Below, piece after piece: positions 10,038 through 20,705 of a stretch of DNA of 64,000 nucleotides. A program made the position numbers and the translations under genes. Each line of letters starts with the position of its first letter. Within the stretch, counting starts at the first letter, position 1. The notes beneath the pieces were generated by a model. The model did no database searches. It saw only the letters and a program-made list of their open reading frames with translations, and was not told the origin of the DNA. The DNA comes from an uncultured SAR86 cluster bacterium (GTDB lineage Bacteria; Pseudomonadota; Gammaproteobacteria; Magnimaribacterales; TMED112), in assembly GCA_902535365.1 (NCBI GenBank), contig CACATF010000001.1, forward strand, positions 248,765 to 312,764. Direction: 5' to 3'.

Positions 10038-10681
10038 AAAATCTCAATAATGTCATCAATCTTATCAACTAAGAAATCAGCCTTCCAAAATTGAGGAGGT
10101 TTTTCGTAGTATCCATAAGTGCACCCAATTGTTTTAAGGCCAGCATTTATGCCTGTTTGAATATCTCTTTCATGATCACCAACGTAAAACGAGCTCTCTG
10201 GACAACCATCTAGTATTTCTAATGCTTTATAAATTCCTTCAGGACTTGGTTTTGCCTGTTTCAGGTAATCAGGACAGATCACAGCATTTGTCATTTTGTC
10301 CCAACCTAACTTATTAATGATAGGGTGGGTATATTTCTCTGGCTTGTTTGTCACAATCCCCCATGGAATTTCATTACTACCTAAAAACTCTATAAGTTCT
10401 TTAGCTCCGTCATATAAAACTAAATCATTTGTAAAAACGTCATTATATATATCTAAAAATTGGGATTTTAGGCGATCAATATCATTTTCATCTCTATCTG
10501 GAAAACAATTTTTCAGTATTAAAGTTGCCCCACGGGAAGAAAATTCACGCACTGGTTCAAAATCCACCAAAGGCTCTCCCTCAGTTTCTTTGAGCTGATT
10601 CACAATTTTATAGAAAGTTAAACCAGAATGTAAAAGAGTACCATCCAGATCGAATAGGACTGATTTATTTTTTTGTTGCAT
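10034..10681 (-). CDS. HAD phosphatase (phosphoglycolate phosphatase / MupP-like)
   Basis: FDLDGTL, VTNKP, KPSP and YVGDHERDI motifs; downstream of ubiG. Confidence 0.85.
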   Translation of the reverse strand: MQQKNKSVLFDLDGTLLHSGLTFYKIVNQLKETEGEPLVDFEPVREFSSRGATLILKNCFPDRDENDIDRLKSQFLDIYNDVFTNDLVLYDGAKELIEFLGSNEIPWGIVTNKPEKYTHPIINKLGWDKMTNAVICPDYLKQAKPSPEGIYKALEILDGCPESSFYVGDHERDIQTGINAGLKTIGCTYGYYEKPPQFWKADFLVDKIDDIIEIL

Positions 10682-11357
10682 GAATTATGTAGTTTACAGA
10701 CGAATCATCGGTTAATTTAACGATGTCAAAAAGTGGCAGATATGACATGCCTCTTACTTCTTCAAAATTAAGCGATGCATCATCTATGTATTTCTTTAAC
10801 TCTGAAGGTTTGATTAATTTATCGTAATCATGGGTTCCTTGAGGAAGGATATTCAATATATATTCTGCGCCTAGGATAGCAAACACAAAGGACTTAAGGT
10901 TTCTATTAATTGTGGAAAAGAATATATGGCCACCATCTTTAGTAAGCTTGGCACAATCCTTTACTATTTCCGCTGGGTCAGGAACATGTTCAAGCATTTC
11001 TAAGCAAGTAACAACATCATATTGTTCGCCCTCTTGTGCAAGTTCGCCTGAGCTTACTTTGCGATAGTTAATGCCTAATTGAGATTTTGTTTCCCTAATT
11101 CTGGCTACACTTAAAGGTCCATCAGCAAGATCTATTGCAGTGACATTGGCACCTTTTTTAGCTAGAGCCTCTGAAAGTATTCCGCCACCGCATCCGATAT
11201 CAAGTACCCTTGAATCTCTTAAAGCAACTTTTTTCTCAATATACTCTGCTCTAAGCGGGTTGATGAGATGCAATGGTTTAAATTTACCATTAGGATCCCA
11301 CCACTGATCAGCAAGTTCAGTAAATTTATCTAATTCTAATTGATCAAAATTTTCCAT
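10665..11357 (-). CDS. ubiG: Ubiquinone biosynthesis O-methyltransferase
   Basis: WWDPNGKFKPLHLINPLR, LDIGCGGGILSE, CLEMLEHVPDP, FSTINRN. Confidence 0.97.
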   Translation of the reverse strand: MENFDQLELDKFTELADQWWDPNGKFKPLHLINPLRAEYIEKKVALRDSRVLDIGCGGGILSEALAKKGANVTAIDLADGPLSVARIRETKSQLGINYRKVSSGELAQEGEQYDVVTCLEMLEHVPDPAEIVKDCAKLTKDGGHIFFSTINRNLKSFVFAILGAEYILNILPQGTHDYDKLIKPSELKKYIDDASLNFEEVRGMSYLPLFDIVKLTDDSSVNYIIHATKK

Positions 11358-11406
11358 CAGTTAAAGTATATCTTTAGAACGTATTTATTGTGTTTAAAAT
11401 AAAATT

Positions 11407-12525
11407 ATGATTTTAGGGGCCATTTCACCAAAAAGCGACAAAGATCGCAGAACAACCTTACACCCAAACAGCATAAAACCATTAAAAGATATGGGTATAG
11501 AAATCTTTTTTGAAAGAGGTTTAGGAACAGGCATTGATATAAGTGATGAAGAAATGCAAAAAAATGGTGCACTGCCAGCAAGTAGGGAAGATTGTCTATC
11601 ACGCTCGGATGTTATTTTTTCATCTGAACCTATTTCTTCTGACGAAATTGCAAGAATCAAAAAAAATGCCTTAGTTGTTGGGCTGCTTGAACCATTTTCA
11701 GAAAAAGAACAGCTTCATAATTTTGCTAAAGCAAATGTTTCTGCATTAAGCATGGAGTTTATTCCAAGAATAACCAGGGCTCAAAAAATGGATGTGCTTA
11801 GCAGTCAGTCAAACTTAGCCGGGTACGTTTCAGTCATAGAGTCAGCCAAACATCTTAAATCAGCATTACCAATGATGATGACAGCTGCGGGCACATTAAA
11901 GCCTGCAACAGTATTTGTTATTGGAGTCGGAGTAGCTGGCCTTCAAGCAATAGCAACAGCAAAAAGGCTGGGAGCAAAAGTAGAAGCTTTTGATACACGT
12001 CCTGTTGTGGAAGAACAGGTTAAATCCCTAGGCGCCAAGTTTGTAAAAATTGATCTTGGTGATACTGGTCAAACTGAACAAGGGTACGCGCAAGAATTGA
12101 CGGAAGATCAAATAAAAAAACAAAAAGATTTGCAAAGTGAAGTCTGCTCTAAATCAGATATTGTTATTACAACAGCGCAGCTCTTTGGCAGGCCTGCGCC
12201 ACGATTGATAGATAGCGCTACGATAAAAAAAATGAAACCAGGAAGTGTTATTTTTGATATGGCTGTTGAGAGTGGTGGAAATGTTGAAGGGTCGGTGCCT
12301 GATGAAATAGTAGAAACAAATGGCGTGAAAATTATTGGTTTAACTAACTTGGCTTCGTATGTTGCAGATCACGCCTCCTATGCTTTAAGCAATAACTTAG
12401 TTAATTTCATTACTGATTTTTATGACCAAGAAAAAAAATCAATGAATTTAGATATGTCAGATGAAATAATTAGTTCGGCACTATTAGTGCAGAATGGAGA
12501 GGTCATTAAGGAGATGTTCAAGTAA
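11407..12525 (+). CDS. pntA: NAD(P) transhydrogenase subunit alpha, part 1 (domain I)
   Basis: PRITRAQKMDVLSSQSNLAGY, GVGVAGLQAIATAKRLGA, GRPAP, GGNVEGS. Confidence 0.95.
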   Translation: MILGAISPKSDKDRRTTLHPNSIKPLKDMGIEIFFERGLGTGIDISDEEMQKNGALPASREDCLSRSDVIFSSEPISSDEIARIKKNALVVGLLEPFSEKEQLHNFAKANVSALSMEFIPRITRAQKMDVLSSQSNLAGYVSVIESAKHLKSALPMMMTAAGTLKPATVFVIGVGVAGLQAIATAKRLGAKVEAFDTRPVVEEQVKSLGAKFVKIDLGDTGQTEQGYAQELTEDQIKKQKDLQSEVCSKSDIVITTAQLFGRPAPRLIDSATIKKMKPGSVIFDMAVESGGNVEGSVPDEIVETNGVKIIGLTNLASYVADHASYALSNNLVNFITDFYDQEKKSMNLDMSDEIISSALLVQNGEVIKEMFK

Positions 12526-12797
12526 TGGAAATATATCTGCTTTTATTTTTTATTTTAATATTGGCAATTTTTTTAGGGTTGGAGTTAATCTCAAAAATAC
12601 CTAGCACTCTACATACTCCTTTAATGTCAGGAGCAAACGCTATTAGCGGCATAACATTAGTTGGTGCTTTGACATTGCAGACTGATGGTACCTTGCAAAT
12701 GGTTTTAGCTTTTTGCGCAATTGCATTCGCGTCGATAAATGTTTTTGGTGGTTATTTAGTGACGAACAGAATGTTAAAAATGTTTAAAAAGAAATGA
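12525..12797 (+). CDS. NAD(P) transhydrogenase subunit alpha, part 2 (membrane)
   Basis: LHTPLMSGANAISG, NVFGGYLVTNRMLKMF. Confidence 0.95.
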   Translation: MEIYLLLFFILILAIFLGLELISKIPSTLHTPLMSGANAISGITLVGALTLQTDGTLQMVLAFCAIAFASINVFGGYLVTNRMLKMFKKK

Positions 12798-14191
12798 TGG
12801 ATTTTGATTTCACAATGCTACAACAGATAGGCTACATAGCTTCTGCAATCCTTTTTATTTATGGATTGAAGATGCTTTCTAGTGAATCATCTGCAGCTAA
12901 AGGGAATATGGTTTCTTCCTTTGGTATGTTGTTGGCGATTTTGGTTACCCTAATTGATGTAATTAATCCTGTGCTGATGTTAAGCGCTATATTGGTTGGT
13001 GGTTCAATAGGTGCGATCTTTGCTTTGCGAGTGAAAATGACATCGATACCAGAAATGGTGGCATTATTTAATGGCTTTGGAGGATTATCATCATATTTCT
13101 TAGCTTGGTCAGAGTTTAATAACCAAACTGAAATTTCATTAGTAATGACTCTTACCTATTTAACAATATTTATTGGCGGGATAACTTTTTCAGGTAGTTT
13201 AATTGCATTCTTTAAGTTGTCTGAAGTTTTAAAAAATACAAGCAACTTTGTCAACTCTGCTTCAAGATGGATGTTAATTTTTGGATGTTCATTTGCACTG
13301 CTATGCATTCTGCAGATAGTTCTTAACGTATCAGGTTTACTGATACTTGAGATGGATTTAATAAGAATAATTTTTGTCTGCTTTTTAATTGCTTCACTAA
13401 TTACTGGTCTTGCATTTGTTTTACCAATTGGTGGTGGTGATATGCCAGTAGTCATATCCTTACTCAACTCATTATCAGGGATTGCTGCAGCACTAGCAGG
13501 TATTATCATCACTAATACTGCGCTGATCGTTGCAGGTTGTCTGGTTGGAGCTTCAGGTCTAGTCCTAACTCTAATAATGGCCAAATCAATGAACAGAACA
13601 CTCTATAATATTTTCTTCGTTGGATATGCAGCAAGCGGTAGCTCTGATGCAGAAATTGAGGGAGAAATTAAACCAATAACAGCTGAAGATGCGTTTCTTG
13701 TTATTGAAGCAGCTAGATCTGTATTAATCGTTCCAGGGTACGGAATGGCAGTTGCTCAAGCGCAACATGTTGTTAAAGAACTTGGTGATTTGCTTGAGAA
13801 TAATGATTGCGAAGTCAGCTATGGAATTCACCCAGTTGCTGGAAGGATGCCAGGTCATATGAATGTGCTGCTTGCTGAAGCAAATGTCTCTTATGACAAT
13901 CTACTTGAGCCTAAAGATATTAACCCAAAGATGGATATTGTTGATGTGGCAATTGTGATTGGAGCAAATGACGTTGTTAACCCTTCAGCTACTGAGCAAC
14001 CAGGAAGTCCAATATATGGAATGCCAATTCTGGAAGTCTACAAAGCTAAAACTGTGATGGTTTTAAAGCGTTCAATGTCATCTGGATTCGCTGGGGTACA
14101 AAACCCATTATTCTTTAAAGAAAATTCAAGAATGCTTTTTGGTGATGCCAAAGAAAGTATCTCCAAATTAGTTGCAGAATTTAAGGAATAA
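12794..14191 (+). CDS. pntB: NAD(P) transhydrogenase subunit beta
   Basis: IGGGDMPVVISLLNS, VPGYGMAVAQAQH, HPVAGRMPGHMNVLLAEA, GANDVVNP. Confidence 0.97.
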   Translation: MMDFDFTMLQQIGYIASAILFIYGLKMLSSESSAAKGNMVSSFGMLLAILVTLIDVINPVLMLSAILVGGSIGAIFALRVKMTSIPEMVALFNGFGGLSSYFLAWSEFNNQTEISLVMTLTYLTIFIGGITFSGSLIAFFKLSEVLKNTSNFVNSASRWMLIFGCSFALLCILQIVLNVSGLLILEMDLIRIIFVCFLIASLITGLAFVLPIGGGDMPVVISLLNSLSGIAAALAGIIITNTALIVAGCLVGASGLVLTLIMAKSMNRTLYNIFFVGYAASGSSDAEIEGEIKPITAEDAFLVIEAARSVLIVPGYGMAVAQAQHVVKELGDLLENNDCEVSYGIHPVAGRMPGHMNVLLAEANVSYDNLLEPKDINPKMDIVDVAIVIGANDVVNPSATEQPGSPIYGMPILEVYKAKTVMVLKRSMSSGFAGVQNPLFFKENSRMLFGDAKESISKLVAEFKE

Positions 14192-14214
14192 TAGGCGATT
14201 TCAGCAAGTTGCTG

Positions 14215-14229
14215 TGATAAAATATCTCG
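14215..14229 (+). promoter_or_regulatory. Extended -10 promoter (TGnTAAAAT) for gyrA, probably leaderless
   Basis: TGA TAAAAT at 14215-14223, 6 nt before GTG 14230; no Shine-Dalgarno. Confidence 0.55.
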
Positions 14230-16770
14230 GTGCAAGAGTTTGCTAAAGAAGTCCTTTCTGTTGACATCAAAGATGAGTTAAAAAAGTCCTATTTGGACTA
14301 CGCTATGAGCGTGATCATCGGTCGTGCTTTGCCTGATGCAAGAGATGGAATGAAGCCAGTTCATCGAAGAATTCTTTATGCAATGCATAAACTTTCTAAC
14401 ACTTACAATAAACCAAATAAAAAGTCCGCCAGAGTCGTTGGCGATGTCATTGGTAAATACCATCCACATGGTGATACTGCTGTGTATGATGCCATTGTTC
14501 GTATGACCCAAGACTTCTCTTTGAGATACCCATTAATACAGGGACAAGGTAATTTTGGAAGCATTGATGGTGATTCAGCTGCTGCTATGAGATATACCGA
14601 AATCAGAATGCAAAAAATTACTGATCAAATCCTTGCTGACATTGAAAAAGAAACAGTTACATACTCACCTAATTATGATGGCACAGAAGATATACCCGAT
14701 GTTCTTCCAACAAGGATACCCAACTTACTTATAAATGGTTCTTCAGGGATCGCAGTTGGAATGGCAACCAATATTCCTCCTCACAATCTAACCGAGGTCT
14801 TAGATGCATGTTTGCATATTCTCGATAATCCAGAAACCACAGTTGATGACTTGTTAAAAATAGTCAAAGGACCAGATTTTCCATTAGGTGGAATTATTAC
14901 TGGGATCGATGGCATTGAGCAGGCATATAGAACTGGTCAAGGAAAAGTTTATGTAAGAGGAAAGACATCAATTGAAGAGGTAAAAGGGGGCAAAGAAGCC
15001 ATCATAATTACCGAGATACCATTTATGGTAAACAAAGCCAGAATGCTTGAACGAATTGCAGAACAAGTCAAAGAGAAAAAACTTGAAGGAATAGGCGAAA
15101 TAAGAGATGAGTCAGACAAAGACGGCATGAGAGTAGTTATAGAGCTAAAGAAAGGTGAAGTTGCAGAAGTTGTGCTTAACAACCTAATAAAAAATTCACA
15201 GCTTGAGCAGGTTTTTGGAATTAATAATGTTGTGCTGGTGGATGGGAAGCCTCAGATATGTAATCTACAACAACTATTAAATATTTTTCTTGATCATCGT
15301 AAGGATGTAATAACTAATCGATCTCTTTATGAGTTAAGACAAGCAAAAGAAAGAGGGCATATTGTAGAAGGACTGATTGTAGCTATTGCAAATATTGATG
15401 AAGTGATAGAGATAATTAAGAAATCTGAAAATACAAAAGTTGCAGCGGATAAGCTTTGTGAGCGCAATTGGTCTGCAGCAACAATCAAACCACTTCTAGA
15501 TAAAGTTGCTGATCCAGACATATGCAAACCTGAAGGCTTAGAAGATGGTTTTGGTCTTCAAGGAAAGGATTACAAGTTATCTCTTGTACAAGCAAAAGCA
15601 ATTTTAGAATTAAGATTAAGCAGATTAACAGCACTAGAGACAGATAAACTAAACGAAGAATATCAAGAACTGGTTGAACAGATCAAAGCACTACAAGAAA
15701 TTCTGTCTAATAAGGAGCGATTAACTGAAGTTGTCAAAGAAGAGCTTGAAGAAGTCAAAGAAAATTTTGGTGATGAAAGAAGAACTGAAATAATCGAAAA
15801 ACGATTAACTATCGATGACGCTGATCTGATCCCAGAAGAAGAAAGGGTCTTTACTATTTCTAATAATGGTTTTGTCAAAACCCAGCAGCTTGCTGAATAC
15901 AGATCACAAAGACGAGGTGGTGTAGGTAAAACAGCCTCCGCTCTTAGAGATGAAGACTTCATTAAACAAGTTTTAGTATTAAATACTCATGTTCAGGTGC
16001 TTTGTTTTACGACAAAAGGAAAAGTTCATTGGTTAGAGATTTATAAATTACCTGTGATGTCCAGGACTGCCAAAGGCAGACCAATTTCAAATGTTTTGCC
16101 TTTAGATGAAGATGAAAAAGTAACATCCTTCTTGCCAGTAGACGAATATAAGGATGGTCATTTCATAATTATGGCAACACGTAATGGCGTTGTGAAAAAG
16201 ACAGCATTGAAAGCTTTTGAGAAGAGATATGCTCCTGGTTTAAGAGCAATTAATTTAGATGAAGGTGATAAGTTGATAGGAACGATCATTACAGATGGAA
16301 AAGATGAGGTATGTCTCGCATCCGAGTCAGGAAAAGCAATAAGATTTTCAGAGGGTGACGTACGACCAATGGGAAGATCAACAAGAGGTGTTAGGGGAAT
16401 GAATATTGGTAAAGAGGACAAAGTAATCTCTGTTATAAAAGTGAATCCAGAATCAAAACTTCTAACACTCAGTGCCAATGGCTATGGTAAAAGAACAAAT
16501 ATTTCTGAGTTTAGTGGGCAGAAAAGAGGTGGAAAGGGTGTTATTGCTCTAAATACCTCACCAAGGAATGGAAAAATGGTTGCGGCAGTTCAGGTAGTCG
16601 ATGGAGACGAAGTAATGCTCATTGGAAACAGAGGCACACTAATTAGAACCCAAGTAGATCAAATAAGCGTTATTGGCAGAAACACACAGGGGGTCAAAGT
16701 TGTTTCACCTAGAGAGGATGAAAAATTGGTTGACGCCGTAGGCTTTAAAGAAAGTCTAGATGAAGAATAG
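14230..16770 (+). CDS. gyrA: DNA gyrase subunit A
   Basis: [31 protein letters not shown], GyrA box QRRGGVG, C-terminal pinwheel repeats. Confidence 0.98.
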   Translation: MQEFAKEVLSVDIKDELKKSYLDYAMSVIIGRALPDARDGMKPVHRRILYAMHKLSNTYNKPNKKSARVVGDVIGKYHPHGDTAVYDAIVRMTQDFSLRYPLIQGQGNFGSIDGDSAAAMRYTEIRMQKITDQILADIEKETVTYSPNYDGTEDIPDVLPTRIPNLLINGSSGIAVGMATNIPPHNLTEVLDACLHILDNPETTVDDLLKIVKGPDFPLGGIITGIDGIEQAYRTGQGKVYVRGKTSIEEVKGGKEAIIITEIPFMVNKARMLERIAEQVKEKKLEGIGEIRDESDKDGMRVVIELKKGEVAEVVLNNLIKNSQLEQVFGINNVVLVDGKPQICNLQQLLNIFLDHRKDVITNRSLYELRQAKERGHIVEGLIVAIANIDEVIEIIKKSENTKVAADKLCERNWSAATIKPLLDKVADPDICKPEGLEDGFGLQGKDYKLSLVQAKAILELRLSRLTALETDKLNEEYQELVEQIKALQEILSNKERLTEVVKEELEEVKENFGDERRTEIIEKRLTIDDADLIPEEERVFTISNNGFVKTQQLAEYRSQRRGGVGKTASALRDEDFIKQVLVLNTHVQVLCFTTKGKVHWLEIYKLPVMSRTAKGRPISNVLPLDEDEKVTSFLPVDEYKDGHFIIMATRNGVVKKTALKAFEKRYAPGLRAINLDEGDKLIGTIITDGKDEVCLASESGKAIRFSEGDVRPMGRSTRGVRGMNIGKEDKVISVIKVNPESKLLTLSANGYGKRTNISEFSGQKRGGKGVIALNTSPRNGKMVAAVQVVDGDEVMLIGNRGTLIRTQVDQISVIGRNTQGVKVVSPREDEKLVDAVGFKESLDEE

Positions 16771-17842
16771 AGTTTTTAATTTTAGTGCTGGTCCAGCAAC
16801 TTTGCCCGAAGATATTCTTAATGAGATAAAAGACGAGCTTTTGGATTTCAATGGCATAGGTTCTTCTATTATTGAAATAAGTCATCGTGACAAGATCTTT
16901 ATTGAGGTTGCTCAAAAAGCAGAACAGCAAGTCAGAAATCTCTTATCAGTGTCCGATGATTATGATGTTCTTTTCTTGCAGGGAGGGGCAACCTTACAAT
17001 TCTCAATGATCCCATTAAATTTTAAACATTTAGGAGCAACAGCTAGTTATGCAGAAGTAGGATCTTGGTCAGCAAAAGCAATAAAAGAAGCATCAAAAAT
17101 TTGTGATTTAAGAATCTGCTCTTCATCAAAAGCAAATAATTTTACAAACATTGATGACTTCTCAGAATGGAGCATAGATCAGAATGATGCCTATGTTCAT
17201 TACTGCAAGAATGAAACTATTCAAGGCATTCGTATTACTCAATCACCAAGCTTTGGAAAACCTGCATTTGTTGATATGTCATCTTGTCTTTTCTCTGAAA
17301 AAATTGATATTGACCAATATGATTTTATTTACGCATGTGCACAAAAAAACTTTGGACCATCAGGCATTACCTTGGTTATTGCAAAAAAAGAGCTTCTAGC
17401 TCAATCAAGTACAGAGCTCCCTAATATTCTGAAATACAATGCTCATGCGGCAGAAAATTCTATGCTTAATACTCCTAATACTTTTGGGTGGTATGTTGCC
17501 GGAAAAATGTTTGATTGGTATGAAGCCAATGGTGGCGTCGATAAAATGGAAGAAAGAAGTATCAACAGAACAAATTCAGTCTATAAAGTAATTGATGGAA
17601 GTGATTTCTATACTAACCCAGTAAATCCAGAGCAAAGATCAATATGTAATGTTGTTTTCACCATTGATGATCCTGATTTGGAGACCAAGTTCATGAGTGA
17701 AGCGGCAGAACATGGTCTTCAATATTTAAAAGGTCATAGATCAGTAGGTGGGATGCGAGCAAGTATATATAATGCACTACCAGATGATGCGGTTTCGACC
17801 TTAGTTGAATTTATGAAAGACTTTGAGAAAAAAAATGGATGA
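16760..17842 (+). CDS. serC: Phosphoserine aminotransferase
   Basis: FNFSAGPA, AQKNFGPSG, SMLNTP, KGHRSVGGMRASIYNA. Confidence 0.97.
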   Translation: MKNRVFNFSAGPATLPEDILNEIKDELLDFNGIGSSIIEISHRDKIFIEVAQKAEQQVRNLLSVSDDYDVLFLQGGATLQFSMIPLNFKHLGATASYAEVGSWSAKAIKEASKICDLRICSSSKANNFTNIDDFSEWSIDQNDAYVHYCKNETIQGIRITQSPSFGKPAFVDMSSCLFSEKIDIDQYDFIYACAQKNFGPSGITLVIAKKELLAQSSTELPNILKYNAHAAENSMLNTPNTFGWYVAGKMFDWYEANGGVDKMEERSINRTNSVYKVIDGSDFYTNPVNPEQRSICNVVFTIDDPDLETKFMSEAAEHGLQYLKGHRSVGGMRASIYNALPDDAVSTLVEFMKDFEKKNG

Positions 17843-18098
17843 TGAGAAAGCTTTACTTTTTATTAGAGAGGAAATTGACTCAATTGATTCAGAACTGATA
17901 TCTCTTTTGGAATCAAGACTTAATCTCTCTCTTCAAATTGGAAAATTAAAGAAGAAAATGGACAAAGATCTCTATGATGAGGAAAGAGAAGCAGAAATAT
18001 TAAAAAAAATAGATGAGCTCGCTCTCATTTACCCAAAAGAAGATCTTAAATCTATTTTCATGGAAATAATGAAAACCTCACTTAATCAACAAAAATGA
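17835..18098 (+). CDS. Monofunctional chorismate mutase (AroQ type II)
   Basis: IREEIDSID.ELI.LL..R......IGKLK......YD.ERE..I; sits in the pheA position but has no prephenate dehydratase domain. Confidence 0.85.
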   Translation: MDDEKALLFIREEIDSIDSELISLLESRLNLSLQIGKLKKKMDKDLYDEEREAEILKKIDELALIYPKEDLKSIFMEIMKTSLNQQK

Positions 18099-18820
18099 AA
18101 GTCTTAATTATTGGTTCCGGATTTATGGGAACATCTCTTGCGCTTAAATTAAAGCAAAAGAATAGTGAAGCTTCTGTATCATGTATTGAGCAGAATCCCT
18201 TAGCAAAAGCAGAAGTTGACCAAAGTGATATCTATGATGAGACTTACCATGAATTTAATGAAGTAAGCGACAGCTACGATGCAGTGATTGTTTGCACCAA
18301 TATTGCAGAAGTAAAAAACAATGTTGAAAAGTGCCAAGAAAAATTTTCCTCTTCAACACTTATTACAGACATCTCTAGTACCAAAAAACATATATCAACA
18401 CTGATAAATGAAGGATATGTTTCATCTCATCCAATTTGTGGAAGTGAACAATCTGGCCCAACAACAGCAAATGCAGATGTATTTGATGGTGCGCGGGTAG
18501 TTGTAGTGGGACATGATGCTGAGAGAGTTATAAACTTTTGGCAAAGTCTGGGCTGTTCTATATTTGAGATGGATGCTAAAACTCATGATAAGTTTTTTGG
18601 ATATCTTAGCCACCTGCCACACTTGATGGCATTTGCATTTGATAAATTAACCAAGTCAATACCTCATAGAGATGACCTTATGCCGGAGAGCTCACGCGAG
18701 CTGCTTCGTCTTGGAAAATCTAATGAAGATTTATGGAACGAAATATTTAAAGATAACAAAGAAATATTGGATGAGTCTGTAATTGAGTTTGTGAAGCACC
18801 TAACTAATATTAAAAATTAA
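18095..18820 (+). CDS. tyrA: Prephenate/arogenate dehydrogenase
   Basis: IIGSGFMGTS, TDISSTK, HPICGSE.SG, HD......SHLPH. Confidence 0.9.
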   Translation: MKVLIIGSGFMGTSLALKLKQKNSEASVSCIEQNPLAKAEVDQSDIYDETYHEFNEVSDSYDAVIVCTNIAEVKNNVEKCQEKFSSSTLITDISSTKKHISTLINEGYVSSHPICGSEQSGPTTANADVFDGARVVVVGHDAERVINFWQSLGCSIFEMDAKTHDKFFGYLSHLPHLMAFAFDKLTKSIPHRDDLMPESSRELLRLGKSNEDLWNEIFKDNKEILDESVIEFVKHLTNIKN

Positions 18821-20067
18821 TGCCAGTAAAAGTCTCATTTAAAAGTAATCATGGAATTCAAGGCTCGTACGAAGTTCCGCTAGACAAATCAATTGCACAA
18901 CGATCAGCTATTTTAGGTCTATCAACAAATCCTGGAGTTGAAGGTGAAGATATAGTTTCAACTAAAAAAGCAGCAAAGCAAATACTATCAGGTGCAGATA
19001 ATTTATGTTTGGATATGGGTAATTCAGGCACTGGGATGAGATTGATGGCTGGTTTTATAGCTGGTCTAGGTATTGATGCAGAACTTGTTGGCGATGAATC
19101 ACTATCTAATCGTCCTATGGAAAGAATTGCTAAGCCTCTTAGAGAAATGGGTGCAGAAATTTATCTTAAAGAGGGCAAGCCTCCAATCAAAATAGCTAAA
19201 AGCGATATAGCAGATGAATTTATCTATGATTTAGAGATTCCTAGTGCACAAATAAAAAGTTGTTTGCTTCTTGCGGCTCTAAGTGCGGGAACCAAGATCA
19301 AAATCATCGAAAAGGAAACAACCAGAAATCATACCGAACTTTTACTGCAACATCTCGACGCGGATCTTGCAGTAAAAAAATCTAATGGAGAAACTGAAAT
19401 CACTCTTGATGCCACAAAACCAATAACGGCAAAAGATGTTTTTGTTCCTGGTGATTTTTCTTCAGCAGCGTTTCTTATTGGTGCTGCATTAATTTCGAAA
19501 GATGCTGATATATGCATAGAAAATGTTGGCATCAATCCCACAAGAATTGGATTTTTGGAAGTTTTAAAAGAAATGAATGCAAATATAAAAATAGAAAATG
19601 TAAGAGAAGCTAACAATGAGCAAATTGGTGATATACATGTTAAATATTCTCCTTTAAAAAGCGTTATATTGGCTAAAGATATTATCCCTAACATTATCGA
19701 TGAGCTTCCATTGCTATCAGTTCTGGCTTGTTTTGCCGAGGGTGAGACAAAAGTTTCTGGTGCAAAAGAATTAAGAGTAAAAGAATCAGACAGATTGTCA
19801 GCCATTGAGTTAATGTTAAAAAATATAGGTGTTGAATTTGACGTCTTTGAAGATGGTTTCAACATCATTGGCAAGGGCGCTAACTATCAGTTTTCCTCAG
19901 GTAATTTTGTCTCCTTAGGAGACCATAGGATTGCTATGTGCTCAGCTCTTTGTGCATTAAAGGCAACTGAAAATATTTTCATTGATAACGTTCAAAGTGT
20001 TACGACCTCTTTTCCTAATTTTTTTGAAATTTTAGAACAAATGGGATTTACAATAGAAGAAGCATGA
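18820..20067 (+). CDS. aroA: 3-phosphoshikimate 1-carboxyvinyltransferase (EPSP synthase)
   Basis: DKSIAQR, GNSGTGMRL, SAQIKS, ELRVKESDR, DHRIAM. Confidence 0.96.
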   Translation: MPVKVSFKSNHGIQGSYEVPLDKSIAQRSAILGLSTNPGVEGEDIVSTKKAAKQILSGADNLCLDMGNSGTGMRLMAGFIAGLGIDAELVGDESLSNRPMERIAKPLREMGAEIYLKEGKPPIKIAKSDIADEFIYDLEIPSAQIKSCLLLAALSAGTKIKIIEKETTRNHTELLLQHLDADLAVKKSNGETEITLDATKPITAKDVFVPGDFSSAAFLIGAALISKDADICIENVGINPTRIGFLEVLKEMNANIKIENVREANNEQIGDIHVKYSPLKSVILAKDIIPNIIDELPLLSVLACFAEGETKVSGAKELRVKESDRLSAIELMLKNIGVEFDVFEDGFNIIGKGANYQFSSGNFVSLGDHRIAMCSALCALKATENIFIDNVQSVTTSFPNFFEILEQMGFTIEEA

Positions 20068-20705
20068 TTCCAGTTGTAACAATTGATGGCCCCTCAGGCT
20101 CTGGCAAAGGAACAATATCAAAGGCATTAGCCATTCATTTAGGTTGGAATTATCTTGATAGTGGTCTTATCTATAGATGTTTTGCATATTTGACTATGAT
20201 TGGGACAATCGATATCCCAAAAGCTATTAAAGAAATTGAGCATAATTTTGATCTAAACAAAGAGGAAATTTTATTTAATGGCGAAAATATAACTTCAGCA
20301 ATAAGAGGTACAGAAGTGACAATGTTATCTTCTGAATTATCGCAAAAACCTGAAGTAAGATCACAGTTAATTGAAATTCAAAAAACCTTCAGAGAACATC
20401 CAGGTTTAGTGGCTGAAGGAAGAGATATGTCTTCTAAACTATTTCCTGATTCATTGGTGAAAATTTATTTGACGGCAGACCTTGAAGAAAGAGTAAACAG
20501 AAGAGCAAATCAGTTGAGAAATGATGGACAAAAGGTTAATATCTCTGAACTTAAAAGCGAGATTGAAGAGAGAGACCTCCGAGATACACAAAGAGAACAC
20601 TCCCCATTGGTCAAAACTGATGATTCAATCTTAATTGATAATACGGGAAAAGAAGTCAAAGAGACTTTAGAATTTATAGAAAAATTAGTAAATGAAAAAT
20701 ACTGA
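20064..20705 (+). CDS. cmk: Cytidylate kinase
   Basis: TIDGPSGSGKGT, LDSGLIYR, VAEGRDM. Confidence 0.96.
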   Translation: MIPVVTIDGPSGSGKGTISKALAIHLGWNYLDSGLIYRCFAYLTMIGTIDIPKAIKEIEHNFDLNKEEILFNGENITSAIRGTEVTMLSSELSQKPEVRSQLIEIQKTFREHPGLVAEGRDMSSKLFPDSLVKIYLTADLEERVNRRANQLRNDGQKVNISELKSEIEERDLRDTQREHSPLVKTDDSILIDNTGKEVKETLEFIEKLVNEKY

